Positions 28,315-37,451 of a stretch of 64,000 nt of DNA are shown piece by piece. Position 1 is the stretch's first letter. Every line of letters starts with the position of its first letter. Under the pieces are notes generated by a model that ran no database searches, was not told the origin of the DNA, and saw nothing but the letters and a program-made list of their open reading frames with translations. The translations under genes and the position numbers were made by a program. Origin of the DNA: an uncultured Candidatus Saccharibacteria bacterium (lineage in GTDB: Bacteria; Patescibacteriota; Minisyncoccia; Phycocordibacterales; WO2-35-19); the NCBI GenBank assembly GCA_964548205.1, contig CAZJPJ010000004.1, forward strand, positions 21,577 through 85,576, given 5' to 3'.

Positions 28315-28869
28315 ATGAACCTGTGGAAACATTTTGCTGATTGGTGGCTTGCGCCAAAGAAGCAAGCTGCCAAGCTTCTTCCTGAGCTAATTGAGTTGCG
28401 CGAACAACTCAATAAAGCAATCAATCGCCCCCCCCTTGACGCAATCGTTTCGTTTTTTGATATCGTGTCGATGTGGCACGATCGCATCGATGAGGTGGAC
28501 AACCTCATCTCAAGCTTGGAGAAGGTCAACTATGGCCAACACACCAAGTTGATCCAAAATTTAATGGGACTAAGAAAACACTTTGAGGACGCTGGCCGGA
28601 GTAGGTACGGATGGAATAGGACCACAAGGGGCCAGACAGTCACCGAAGACACCGTCTTTCTGGGCAACATTTTCGGACTGTGGACTTTTCCAGTACGTCA
28701 CTGGAAATCAACCAGGAACCAAGCGCGGGACATCGGTACATTTGCGGGATTCACGGGAATGAGGGAAATGAACGCCTACGACGTAGTGTGTTGCCAGGCA
28801 ACCAGATTCATTACCCCTCACGCGATCGGTATCCGTAGAGCCATAAGCTGGCTCGAAAACAATCTGTAA
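28315..28869 (+). CDS. hypothetical protein with GC-elevated sequence. The start is taken at MNLWKHF because the -10 element lies inside the longer track ORF.
   Basis: 185 aa, about 50% GC by eye, no motifs recognised; GGAAAGG Shine-Dalgarno site. Confidence 0.4.
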   Translation: MNLWKHFADWWLAPKKQAAKLLPELIELREQLNKAINRPPLDAIVSFFDIVSMWHDRIDEVDNLISSLEKVNYGQHTKLIQNLMGLRKHFEDAGRSRYGWNRTTRGQTVTEDTVFLGNIFGLWTFPVRHWKSTRNQARDIGTFAGFTGMREMNAYDVVCCQATRFITPHAIGIRRAISWLENNL

Positions 28870-29234
28870 AACCGATTCCGCCCCACCTTGAGCAATGCCA
28901 ACCAGCAGAGCTCAAGGCGGGGCTTTTCGTATTATAAATTTTCCACAAAACAAATCTAAACACCGATCACGAAGTGCCACAAAGTATTCGTGTCCCCATT
29001 ATTTTGCTACGATCGTAGTAAAATAATGTAGCCAAGTGTAAAGAATTCAAGATGTTCAGATATCAAAGGCGCCCTTTGGGATGGTTTGTCTATATCTTTT
29101 TTTATAATAAAATTAATAAGGAGGTCCAACATGGACCATGGCTAAAAGGTTAAATCAAAAGGGGAATAACCCCCAACTTTGCCCCGCCACTCACTTGTAC
29201 GATGAGAGGCGGTTTTTGTATACAAAATCAGAAT

Positions 29235-29264
29235 TTGACAATATATAGGCGACTATGCTATAAT
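29235..29264 (+). promoter_or_regulatory. consensus sigma70-type promoter (TTGACA, 18-nt spacer, TATAAT)
   Basis: ttgaca-atatataggcgactatgc-tataat. Confidence 0.55.
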
Positions 29265-29283
29265 GCAGTTTAGGAGGCACACC

Positions 29284-29397
29284 ATGAACGATGATCCGTT
29301 TGTGATTGTGTTAGTTCTAGGAGGCTTCCTTTGTCTTATCGTCGCAAGACGACAAATAAAGGAAGTCAGAAAAATTTTTGGAGGAAAGAAAAAATGA
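29284..29397 (+). CDS. 37-aa single-TM small protein, translationally coupled (ATGA) to the downstream Flp-like gene
   Basis: AGGAGG, 6 nt, ATG. Product MNDDPFVIVLVLGGFLCLIVARRQIKEVRKIFGGKKK. Confidence 0.4.
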   Translation: MNDDPFVIVLVLGGFLCLIVARRQIKEVRKIFGGKKK

Positions 29398-29633
29398 GGA
29401 GAAAAAATGCTGCCCGGAGGGGTAGCAACTTGTTGGAGTACGCGGTGGTGGTGGGATTCGGAATTGTGGCCATCTATATGGCCTTCCGCGAGCCGATCAA
29501 GCTCGCAGTCCTAAACCTCATCAATGCGCGCGTAACTGCGTGCATTGCAAGCAACCCCACAGACAATACATGGCGGGAGCAATGCCACAAAGATGGCATG
29601 AATTGGAGGAGGATAATCGTAGACAGGTTGTAA
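29394..29633 (+). CDS. Flp/Fap-family pilin-like protein (type IVb / Tad pilin-like prepilin)
   Basis: MRRKNAARRG|SNLLEYAVVVGFGIVAIYMAF fits the Flp G-x4-EY processing motif and hydrophobic core; 79 aa. Confidence 0.55.
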   Translation: MRRKNAARRGSNLLEYAVVVGFGIVAIYMAFREPIKLAVLNLINARVTACIASNPTDNTWREQCHKDGMNWRRIIVDRL

Positions 29634-29678
29634 AATGCTATTGCTATAATACTCTCTCTCCTTCTCCCCTAACACCCC

Positions 29679-29716
29679 CGCGGCGCAAGCAGTTTAGCGC
29701 CGCGTGGTATTTTTTT
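29679..29716 (+). terminator. intrinsic terminator
   Basis: ccgcggcgc-aagcagttta-gcgccgcg followed by tggtattttttt. Confidence 0.6.
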
Positions 29717-29740
29717 AATTAAGTAATTTCAATTTCTCTT

Positions 29741-29784
29741 CCCCCCTCTCCTGATCAAGGGGAGGGGTTGGGGGGTGGGGTTTT
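29741..29784. repeat. GC-rich palindromic repeat element, copy B
   Basis: ccccctctcctgatcaaggggaggggttggggggtggggtttt; near-identical to copy A at 22025. Confidence 0.7.
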
Positions 29785-29821
29785 GCATTTTCTGCCCTTA
29801 TTCTTTATCCTGTAATAAATA
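29780..29821 (+). repeat. left copy of a roughly 42 bp direct repeat flanking the mazF-like cassette
   Basis: gttttgcattttctgcccttattctttatcctgtaataaata matches 30354..30396 at 38 of 42 positions. Confidence 0.6.
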
Positions 29822-29846
29822 CAGTACAGGGTTGCTATAATATTTT

Positions 29847-30233
29847 ATGAAAAAAGATTTTAAAGATTGGCACAAAGAAAAAAGTTGCTTGCAGGAAGAT
29901 AAGGTTCGTCCATTTTTTCATGAGAGAGAAGTTTGGTTTGCCTCTGTTGGTTTAAATATTGGTTTTGAACAAGACGGTAGAGGGGATAGATTCTTGAGAC
30001 CAGTTATTATTTTAAAGAAATTTAACAATGAAGTACTCTGGTGTATACCACTTACAAAAAATCAGAAGAAAGGGAAATATTATCTTCAATTTAGACTTGG
30101 AGATGAAACCAGCACAGCCATACTCTCTCAGATTCGCCTGATAGATTCAAAAAGATTGCAGTACAAAATCGGAAACCTTGAAGTAGATGACTTTAGTGAA
30201 CTAAAAAAGAAAATCACCCAAATTCTTGGATGA
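29847..30233 (+). CDS. PemK/MazF-family endoribonuclease toxin-like protein, solitary (no adjacent antitoxin ORF)
   Basis: EVWFASVGLNIGFEQDGRGDRFLRPVIILKK...LWCIPLTKNQKK...AILSQIRLIDSKRLQYKIGNL matches the MazF/PemK fold pattern. TATAAT lies 14 nt upstream. Confidence 0.55.
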   Translation: MKKDFKDWHKEKSCLQEDKVRPFFHEREVWFASVGLNIGFEQDGRGDRFLRPVIILKKFNNEVLWCIPLTKNQKKGKYYLQFRLGDETSTAILSQIRLIDSKRLQYKIGNLEVDDFSELKKKITQILG

Positions 30234-30353
30234 TTTTCTTTTTTACCCTCTTGCGAGGGAGGGCCGAAGCCATTTGTACCCGTATTTTAGCAAATTGGTA
30301 ATTTTTGCGCAAGCGTCAGTGGTAATTGCTAAAATTAAGCGAGCAAGATTATA

Positions 30354-30396
30354 GTTTTGCATTTTATCCCCTTATTCTTTATTCTTTAATAAATAT
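30354..30396 (+). repeat. right copy of the roughly 42 bp direct repeat; abuts the topA start codon
   Basis: gttttgcattttatccccttattctttattctttaataaata. Confidence 0.6.
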
Positions 30397-32628
30397 ATGA
30401 AATTGTTAATAGTAGAAAGCCCAGCCAAAGCAAAAACAATAAATAAATACTTAGGAAGCGACTACAAAGTGGTGGCTTCTATTGGACACATCAGAGATTT
30501 ACCAAAAAGCAACAAGAAGGCCATCGATATCGAGGGTGGCTTCATCCCCCACTACGAAGTGAGTAAAGGAAAAGAGAAGGTGGTAAGCGAAATAAAAGAG
30601 TTGGCCAAAAAAGCAGATGAGGTCCTGCTAGCCACCGACCCCGACAGAGAAGGAGAGGCCATAGCTTGGCATATTGCTGAAATCATCGCAGATGATTTCA
30701 GCAAGTCAAAAGCTAAAAGCCAAAAGCAAAAAGCTATCAAAAGAGTGACTTATCATGAGATTACAGAAGAAGCTATCAAAGAGGCTCTGAAACACCCTCG
30801 CAATATCGACGAAAATTTGAAAGAAGCTCAAGAAGCCAGAAGAGTGTTGGACAGACTCGTAGGTTACGACCTCTCAGGACTTATATGGAAAAAAGTCCGA
30901 TATGGGCTTTCGGCCGGAAGAGTACAATCCCCTGCTCTAAGAATATTAATGGAACGCGAGCGGGAGATACGAGCATTCAAACCAGAAACTTTTTATGTAC
31001 TGAGTGTAGACCTAGAGACAAAAGCCAAAGAAAGGATCACTGCTTTTTGCGAAGTAGAACCAAGAGACAAGGCTGAAGCAGACAGGATATATGAAGTAGC
31101 AAGCACCAAAGATTGGACAGTAGTAGACATAAGCGAGACAGAAGTAAAACGTAGTCCTCGCCCACCATTTACAACCTCCACTCTGCAACAAGCGGCTTCT
31201 ACTCGGTTAGGTTTTTCTCCCAAACGCACTATGATGGCGGCCCAAAAACTTTATGAAGCAGGCCACATCACCTACATGCGTACCGACAGCACCTCTCTTG
31301 CAGCCGTAGCTATGAATCAGATAAAGAGTGTAGTAAACAAAAAATTTGGCAGCGAGCACTATAGTGCTAGGCAGTTCAAAACCAAATCAAAGAACGCCCA
31401 AGAAGCCCATGAAGCCATAAGGCCAACTCATTTTGAAAGAGAAGCTCTAGGCACCACAGACGATCAGAAAAAACTCTACAACCTCATCTGGCAACGAACC
31501 GTATCTAGTCAGATGAAAGAAGCTCTGACTATGCGTACCAAGATAACTGCGCAACCGAAAACTGTGGGGAGCGCAGCAAAATCTGTCCCAGATTTTGCTG
31601 CGCATGGCTCGCGCATAGTCTACGATGGCTGGTTGCTTGCAGACCCAAGAGCCAAAAGCGAAGATGTTATATTGCCAAAAATGACAACAAACGACCCCCT
31701 TTCACTAGTAGATATCAAATCAGAAGAAAAACAAACAGAACCGCCAAACCGCTACAGCGAGGCCGGCTTGATCAAAGAACTTGAGAAGCGTGGCATAGGC
31801 AGACCAAGCACCTACGCTTCTATCATCAACACCATCATAGAACGCGGCTACACAGAAAAAGATGGCAAAACTTTGAAACCTACAGACATAGGAGACATAG
31901 TCTCTACTTTTCTTGAAGATAACTTTACTGATTATATAAGCGACACCTTTACAGCAGAGATGGAAGATAAGCTCGACGATATTGCAGAAGGTAAAAGAGA
32001 ATACCTAAAGACCCTCAAAGAATTTTACGGACCATTTATAAAAGAAGTAAAATCGAAAGAAAAAATAGAAAAGATAAACAACCTCGGCGAAGCCGATCAT
32101 AAATGGAAGTGCCCGAAGTGCAACAGTAATATGGTTATAAAAATAGGCAGAGGTGGCAAGTTTATGTCTTGTGATAGATTCCCAGAATGCGAAGGTATGA
32201 GAAGTATAGACGGTGAAGAAGTCAAAGAAGCTGAGAGCATAGGCAACGACCCAACCACAGGACTTCCTGTGTTTGTTAAGGATGGGAGATTTGGGCCATA
32301 TGTCCAAATAGGAGAAAATGTTAAAAGTGAAAAGTCGAAAGCGAAAAGTCAAAAACCAAAGAGAGCAAGTATACCTAAAGACAAAGATCCTAATACAGTA
32401 TCTCTAGAAGAAGCTCTGCACTATCTCTCTCTGCCTAGAGAATTAGGAGCCCACCCAGACACAGGAGAGATGATAAGTGCGAATATAGGCAGATTTGGCC
32501 CATACATAGTCCACCAAAAAGATTTTCGTTCACTCAAAGAAGATGATGTATATACTATAAGTTTAGATCGGGCTCTAGAAATACTGAAAGAACCAAAAAA
32601 AGTAGGAAGAAGAGGAAAAAAGAAGTAA
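30397..32628 (+). CDS. topA: DNA topoisomerase I
   Basis: MKLLIVESPAKAKTINKYLG Toprim start; C-terminal zinc ribbons (CPKCNSNMV...CDRFPEC). Confidence 0.9.
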   Translation: MKLLIVESPAKAKTINKYLGSDYKVVASIGHIRDLPKSNKKAIDIEGGFIPHYEVSKGKEKVVSEIKELAKKADEVLLATDPDREGEAIAWHIAEIIADDFSKSKAKSQKQKAIKRVTYHEITEEAIKEALKHPRNIDENLKEAQEARRVLDRLVGYDLSGLIWKKVRYGLSAGRVQSPALRILMEREREIRAFKPETFYVLSVDLETKAKERITAFCEVEPRDKAEADRIYEVASTKDWTVVDISETEVKRSPRPPFTTSTLQQAASTRLGFSPKRTMMAAQKLYEAGHITYMRTDSTSLAAVAMNQIKSVVNKKFGSEHYSARQFKTKSKNAQEAHEAIRPTHFEREALGTTDDQKKLYNLIWQRTVSSQMKEALTMRTKITAQPKTVGSAAKSVPDFAAHGSRIVYDGWLLADPRAKSEDVILPKMTTNDPLSLVDIKSEEKQTEPPNRYSEAGLIKELEKRGIGRPSTYASIINTIIERGYTEKDGKTLKPTDIGDIVSTFLEDNFTDYISDTFTAEMEDKLDDIAEGKREYLKTLKEFYGPFIKEVKSKEKIEKINNLGEADHKWKCPKCNSNMVIKIGRGGKFMSCDRFPECEGMRSIDGEEVKEAESIGNDPTTGLPVFVKDGRFGPYVQIGENVKSEKSKAKSQKPKRASIPKDKDPNTVSLEEALHYLSLPRELGAHPDTGEMISANIGRFGPYIVHQKDFRSLKEDDVYTISLDRALEILKEPKKVGRRGKKK

Positions 32629-32637
32629 GATAGGTAC

Positions 32638-34143
32638 ATGGCCGAGGTCAAAGACACAAATATATCTATAGACGAAATATGGAAAGCCACAGCTCTTTCA
32701 GAGAAAGATAAAAAGCTAGTAGAGAAAGCGTACAACTTCGCAAAAGAAGCACACAAAAACCTGACCAGACACAGCGGAGAGCCATATTTCAACCACTTAT
32801 TCGCTACTGCAAAATACCTTGCCGAACTTGGCTTAGATGGCGAAAGTATAGCTGCCGGATTTTTGCATGACACGATCGAAGACGTAGGTGTAGATAAAGA
32901 GACTATAAAGAAGGAATTCGGTGATGAGGTCCTATTCATAATAGAAGGTGTGACCAAACTTGGCCATGTGCGTTATCATGGATCAGATAGACACAACGAA
33001 TCATTGAGGAAACTTTTCGTAGCAGTATCGCAAGACATGCGCGTAATACTAGTAAAACTTTGTGACAGGTTGCACAATATGGAAACACTCGAGTTCGTAC
33101 CGAAAGAAAAACAGCTTCGCATAGCCAAAGAAACACTAGAAATATATGTACCTATCGCCTACAGACTCGGTATACGAAAGCTATCTAGGCGCCTCGAAGA
33201 TTTAGCTTTTCCGTATGTCTTCCCCCAAGAATCGAGTGAAATAAAAAAGCTTATAAAAGAGAAATTTGATTCCAGAGAAGAGTCACTTGATAAATTCAGA
33301 AAATCTCTAAGCAAAGAACTGGCAAAGTCAAGCCTAAGGGATTTTAAAACTGAGTATAGAGTCAAAGGCAAATATAGCCTTTATAAGAAATACCTAAAAT
33401 ATAAAAAGGAAATAGATAAGATATTTGATATCGCTGCCGTAAGGATACTGCTCCCGAAAGTTGAAGATTGTTATAAGGTACTTGGCATAATACACTCGAA
33501 CTTCCAACCTATGCCCGGACGTATCAAAGACTTTATCGCCTTCCCAAAGACAAATGGCTATAGAGGCATACATACTACTGTCTTTACGGGTGACGGAAGC
33601 TGCATAGAAGTACAAATAAAAACTTATGACATGCATAATGAGTCAGAGTATGGTATTGCCTCTCATATGAACTACAAGACTGGAAAATCTGGGACACTTA
33701 GTCAAAGCTTAGAGTGGATAAAAAGTATACTGCCCCAAAGCTATTTCAAGAAAAATGAAGATCGAAAGGAGTATAAAGGTATACCAGACTGGATAAAGGA
33801 CTTGGTCGAATATCAGAGTAATTTTGAAGACAGCGACAGTGTCATAAGTGACATAAAAAGTGATTTCCTAAATGAGCAGATTTTCGTATTTACACCTAAA
33901 GGTGACGTAGTGGACCTCCCAAAAGGAAGCTGTGCTATCGACTTTGCATATGCCATACACTCTGATATTGGCGACCATATATCAGGAGCTATTATAAACG
34001 GCAAAATGTCAGGTATTGATACTCCACTTTCCAGTGGAGACATCGTAGATATCCAAACAAGCAAAAATTCTAAACCCAAGCGCAAATGGCTTGAATTTGT
34101 AAAGACAACACTTGCAAAAAGAAGTATAAGAAACCAAATTTAG
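32638..34143 (+). CDS. rel: RelA/SpoT-homolog (p)ppGpp synthetase/hydrolase (HD, synthetase and TGS domains; no ACT domain)
   Basis: HD motif FLHDTIEDV; synthetase core ...FQPMPGRIKDFIAFPKTNGYRGIHTTV; TGS IFVFTPKGDVVDLPKGS. Confidence 0.85.
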   Translation: MAEVKDTNISIDEIWKATALSEKDKKLVEKAYNFAKEAHKNLTRHSGEPYFNHLFATAKYLAELGLDGESIAAGFLHDTIEDVGVDKETIKKEFGDEVLFIIEGVTKLGHVRYHGSDRHNESLRKLFVAVSQDMRVILVKLCDRLHNMETLEFVPKEKQLRIAKETLEIYVPIAYRLGIRKLSRRLEDLAFPYVFPQESSEIKKLIKEKFDSREESLDKFRKSLSKELAKSSLRDFKTEYRVKGKYSLYKKYLKYKKEIDKIFDIAAVRILLPKVEDCYKVLGIIHSNFQPMPGRIKDFIAFPKTNGYRGIHTTVFTGDGSCIEVQIKTYDMHNESEYGIASHMNYKTGKSGTLSQSLEWIKSILPQSYFKKNEDRKEYKGIPDWIKDLVEYQSNFEDSDSVISDIKSDFLNEQIFVFTPKGDVVDLPKGSCAIDFAYAIHSDIGDHISGAIINGKMSGIDTPLSSGDIVDIQTSKNSKPKRKWLEFVKTTLAKRSIRNQI

Positions 34144-34158
34144 GCCAAATACTTATAC

Positions 34159-35253
34159 CTAAATACTAAAATTTTTTATTGAGTATAGATCTTCCTCTTC
34201 TTTGGCCACTTCTTCAATAGTTGGTATAGGCGTATCTTCGGCTTTTTTTATCTCATCTTGGGATCTATCATCTATAAGCTCCTCTTCTAACCCATCATTT
34301 TCAACTGATACCTTTCCTGAAGACTCTTCAGTGCCTGACACTTCCCCATCAAAAGAAATTTTTTCTACACTGCTTATATCTTTTGCAAACGGCTGCAGCG
34401 CTCCCTTCTTGCCACTTTCTACGATTGCAAGCAAAGCTTCGAGATCATCATAAGAGAAAAAATCTAGAATCATTCTTCCACCCTCTTCTCGCTTTTCAAT
34501 GCGAACACGTGTACCGAGACTATCTTCAAATTTCTCTTCTAAATCTGTCACTTCCGGATCGATATCTGATTTGAACCTTCTGACTTTATCTATAGCTATA
34601 CGCCTTGCAGCAGTCTCTGCATCGCGCACGTTCATTTTGCGTAGAATGATGTCTTTGAAAAGTACAAGCTGTTCTTCTGCTCTATCGGCAAGCATCAGGA
34701 GTGGTCGAGTATGACCTTCATTGATCTTGCCCTCTGATAGTGCATCTAACATTTCATTTGGCAGTTCTAGTATGCGCATAGTGTTGCTCACATATACCCT
34801 ACTCTTCCCGACCTTCTGAGCGATCTGGTTGTGCTTAAAACCAAAATCATCAGCAAGCTTTTTGAAAGCTCTGGCTCGTTCTACAGGATTGAGGTCCTCT
34901 CTTTGGACATTTTCTATGATAGCCAACTCGAGCTTCAAGAGTTCATCGTCCTTCTTCTCTTCTTCACCAATTCTTATAAGGACTGGTACTTGCGAAAGAC
35001 CAGCCAACTTTGATGCCCGTAGCCTTCTTTCGCCAGCAATAAGTTCGTACTCTACGACCAAACCATCTTCCCGCACTATTTCTTTCCTAGTAACTACCAA
35101 AGCCTGTAGTACTCCGTACTGTTTTATCGAATCAGAAAGCGCCTGCAAAGCTACTGGGTCAAACTCTCGACGAGGTTGATATGGGTTTGGCTTTATTTTA
35201 TCGACATCCACCCAGAAAATAGAGTTCTGATAAAAACTTGATTGACTATGCAT
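34159..35253 (-). CDS. parB: ParB/Spo0J-family partition protein with a long acidic C-terminal tail; no parA adjacent
   Basis: LIAGERRLRASKLAGL ParB box and an HTH region; 364 aa. Confidence 0.8.
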   Translation of the reverse strand: MHSQSSFYQNSIFWVDVDKIKPNPYQPRREFDPVALQALSDSIKQYGVLQALVVTRKEIVREDGLVVEYELIAGERRLRASKLAGLSQVPVLIRIGEEEKKDDELLKLELAIIENVQREDLNPVERARAFKKLADDFGFKHNQIAQKVGKSRVYVSNTMRILELPNEMLDALSEGKINEGHTRPLLMLADRAEEQLVLFKDIILRKMNVRDAETAARRIAIDKVRRFKSDIDPEVTDLEEKFEDSLGTRVRIEKREEGGRMILDFFSYDDLEALLAIVESGKKGALQPFAKDISSVEKISFDGEVSGTEESSGKVSVENDGLEEELIDDRSQDEIKKAEDTPIPTIEEVAKEEEDLYSIKNFSI

Positions 35254-35351
35254 GATAGACTAAATATTATCACAAAAACCTCTCTAATTTTTGATTTTAG
35301 TGGATATATAGAGTATATTTCTAAGTATAAAACACACAGGTGTTTTCAGTG

Positions 35352-35420
35352 CCGGAGTGGATCAAAAGCAAACTGCTTTGCTTTTGATCCGAAGCTTGCG
35401 TAGGTGGCCGACACTCCGGC
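35352..35420 (+). repeat. tRNA-Leu 5'-end copy (tgccggagtgg) plus a palindromic hairpin plus the complementary 3' arm (cactccggca), forming a tRNA-like minihelix in the -35 region of the tRNA-Leu gene
   Basis: 11 nt identical to the tRNA 5' end. Internal hairpin atcaaaagcaaactgctttgcttttgat. The terminal segment ccgacactccggca is complementary to the start. Confidence 0.5.
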
Positions 35421-35455
35421 ATGTATAATGAAAAAGCTACGCATGTTTTCATAAT

Positions 35456-35539
35456 GCCGGAGTGGCGGAATGGCAGACGCGCACGACTCAAAATCGTGTC
35501 TCGCAAGGGGTGTGGGTTCAAGTCCCACCTCCGGCACCA
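35456..35539 (+). tRNA. tRNA-Leu (anticodon CAA), class II, CCA encoded
   Basis: GCCGGAGTGGCGGAATGGCAGACGCGCACGACTCAAAATCGTG...GGGTTCAAGTCCCACCTCCGGCACCA; TATAAT at 35424. Confidence 0.85.
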
Positions 35540-35616
35540 GATTGAGCATAGCGAAAGCTGTGTTTTTATTGTAAACAAAAAAAGATCGCCCCCGCCGGAC
35601 GATCCTTGAAGCTGAT

Positions 35617-36126
35617 TTAGTCTGTTTTATTTTTGAAAAAATCCTCAATATGGGGCTTGGCTTGTTTCCATATTTCTGCCCATTCATAAATCCTTAACCT
35701 CGGTTCCGTACTCTCAATCGATGGAGAGTACTTCCAAATCGCAACCCCATATCTCCAAAGAACCACCTTCGTGACTCCGTCAATCCGAAAAATACGGTCC
35801 TTCATCTCCAAAGCTGGGTTTGATAAATAGTCGATGGGCTTGTCCCACACGCAAACCAAAATAAATTGATTCTGTTTGGCCTCAAGTCTTTCATCGAGAT
35901 CAGTAACTTCGTGCGCGGTAGCGTAGGCGGTATACTTGACCTCGCCGAAAGCCTCTTGTTCGGCTCGAAATCCATCTACGCGGGGAAACCACTTTTCTGA
36001 GGCTCTCCCTGACGTGATCGATTTGAGTCCAATACCCGCAAGGATACATAGTGCTCCGATGGCTACACTGTACCACCGATGCCAGATTACTTGTGTCGAC
36101 CTACGTCGACGAGACTTTTTTTCCAT
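35617..36126 (-). CDS. hypothetical membrane-anchored protein, GC-elevated
   Basis: 169 aa, one N-terminal TM, strong GGAGGTG Shine-Dalgarno site; no family recognised. Confidence 0.4.
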   Translation of the reverse strand: MEKKSRRRRSTQVIWHRWYSVAIGALCILAGIGLKSITSGRASEKWFPRVDGFRAEQEAFGEVKYTAYATAHEVTDLDERLEAKQNQFILVCVWDKPIDYLSNPALEMKDRIFRIDGVTKVVLWRYGVAIWKYSPSIESTEPRLRIYEWAEIWKQAKPHIEDFFKNKTD

Positions 36127-36191
36127 GACACCTCCAAAGATCTTGATATGTCAAAGGGAGGCCTTCTGTTTTGACGACCCCCCCCATTCGC

Positions 36192-36242
36192 TTATCCCAG
36201 CCAATAGCCGAGGATAAGCAGTCCTGCAAACAGGAATCTCAT
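36192..36242 (-). CDS. 16-aa upstream small ORF (MRFLFAGLLILGYWLG) with a perfect Shine-Dalgarno site, followed by a C9/G9 homopolymer; candidate leader peptide
   Basis: AGGAGG, 6 nt, ATG; lies 65 nt upstream of the 35617..36126 gene. Confidence 0.3.
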   Translation of the reverse strand: MRFLFAGLLILGYWLG

Positions 36243-36332
36243 AGCGTACCTCCTACCTACAATAATACACAAAATCATAATTATGTCAAACCAAGAGTGT
36301 GAATAAGAGCAGAAATATGTTAATACTTATGT

Positions 36333-37379
36333 GTGAAAAATAAAGGAGGTAAAACAAATAATATAGGAGAAAAGATAAAAGTGCTAGTGATACTTGGCCC
36401 CACAGCGAGTGGCAAGAGCGACTTGGCTGTATCTTTGGCGCGCAAATATGGCGGCGAAGTGGTAAGTGCAGATTCTAGACAGGTGTACAAAGGGTTAGAC
36501 ATTGGCACGGGGAAAATAACAAAAAGAGAAATGCAAGGTGTGCCCCACCATCTGCTTGATGTAGCTTCGCCAAAGCGACAATTTTCTGCTCACGACTTTG
36601 TAGAGCTTGCACAAAAAGCTATTGAAGACATACACGCGCGAGGTAAATTGCCCATCATCTGCGGTGGTACAGGGTTTTATATTAGTGCCCTACTTGGAGA
36701 GACAAAACTTTCTGACGTGCCGATGAATAAAAACCTCCGCAAAGAGCTGGAGAAAAAATCTGCACGAGAGTTGTTTGAGATTCTTCAAAATCTTGATGCA
36801 AAGAGAAGTAAAACAATCGATAAGTATAATCCGCACAGGCTGATAAGAGCAATAGAAATAGCCAAAGCTTCTGCAAAACATAAGCAAGCATCAAGTCCTA
36901 AAAAACAAGTTCCAAACAAATATGAGGTATGCAAAATAGGAGTTGCACCAATGAAAAAAATATCCCACCCCCCTACCCCCTCCCTTACCTTAAGGAAGGG
37001 GGCGAAGAGAGAGAGTTATATCATTGATCAAACAGAATTAAAAAGAAAAATAAATGAGCGTATAGATCGATGGTTCAAACTTGGACTAATAAATGAGGTG
37101 AAAAATCTTCACAAGAAAAGGATTTCGTGGAAACGAATGTCAGATATAGGCTTAGAATACAGGCTAGTTGCACAATACTTGCAAAAGAAACTAACAAAAG
37201 ATCAACTTACAGAAAGAATGCGGCTTGAAACTTGGCACTACGCCAAACGCCAGATGACGTGGTTCAAGAGACCTGTCCACCACGCTTCGCGAAGCGATGC
37301 ATGCGGAGATAGACAAATACATTGGTTCAAACCTGACCAAGTTACAAAGATCCAAAAGCTAGTTTCAAAATTTATTTAG
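36333..37379 (+). CDS. miaA: tRNA dimethylallyltransferase
   Basis: VLVILGPTASGKSDLAVSLA...VVSADSRQVYKGLDIGTGKIT. Contains an in-frame GC-rich insertion (ISHPPTPSLTLRKGAKRES). Confidence 0.85.
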   Translation: MKNKGGKTNNIGEKIKVLVILGPTASGKSDLAVSLARKYGGEVVSADSRQVYKGLDIGTGKITKREMQGVPHHLLDVASPKRQFSAHDFVELAQKAIEDIHARGKLPIICGGTGFYISALLGETKLSDVPMNKNLRKELEKKSARELFEILQNLDAKRSKTIDKYNPHRLIRAIEIAKASAKHKQASSPKKQVPNKYEVCKIGVAPMKKISHPPTPSLTLRKGAKRESYIIDQTELKRKINERIDRWFKLGLINEVKNLHKKRISWKRMSDIGLEYRLVAQYLQKKLTKDQLTERMRLETWHYAKRQMTWFKRPVHHASRSDACGDRQIHWFKPDQVTKIQKLVSKFI

Positions 37380-37451
37380 CGGGTCCAGCAGGACTCGAAC
37401 CTGCAACCTCGGTTTTGGAGACCGATGTTTTACCATTGAAACTATAGACCC
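37380..37451 (-). tRNA. tRNA-Trp (anticodon CCA)
   Basis: GGGTCTATAGTTTCAATGGTAAAACATCGGTCTCCAAAACCGAGGTTGCAGGTTCGAGTCCTGCTGGACCCG. Confidence 0.85.

Noticed and set aside
29041-29130. Strong AAGGAGG Shine-Dalgarno site followed by ATG in the intergenic region
   Set aside because: The reading frame stops after 4 codons (MDHG*); it is not a gene.
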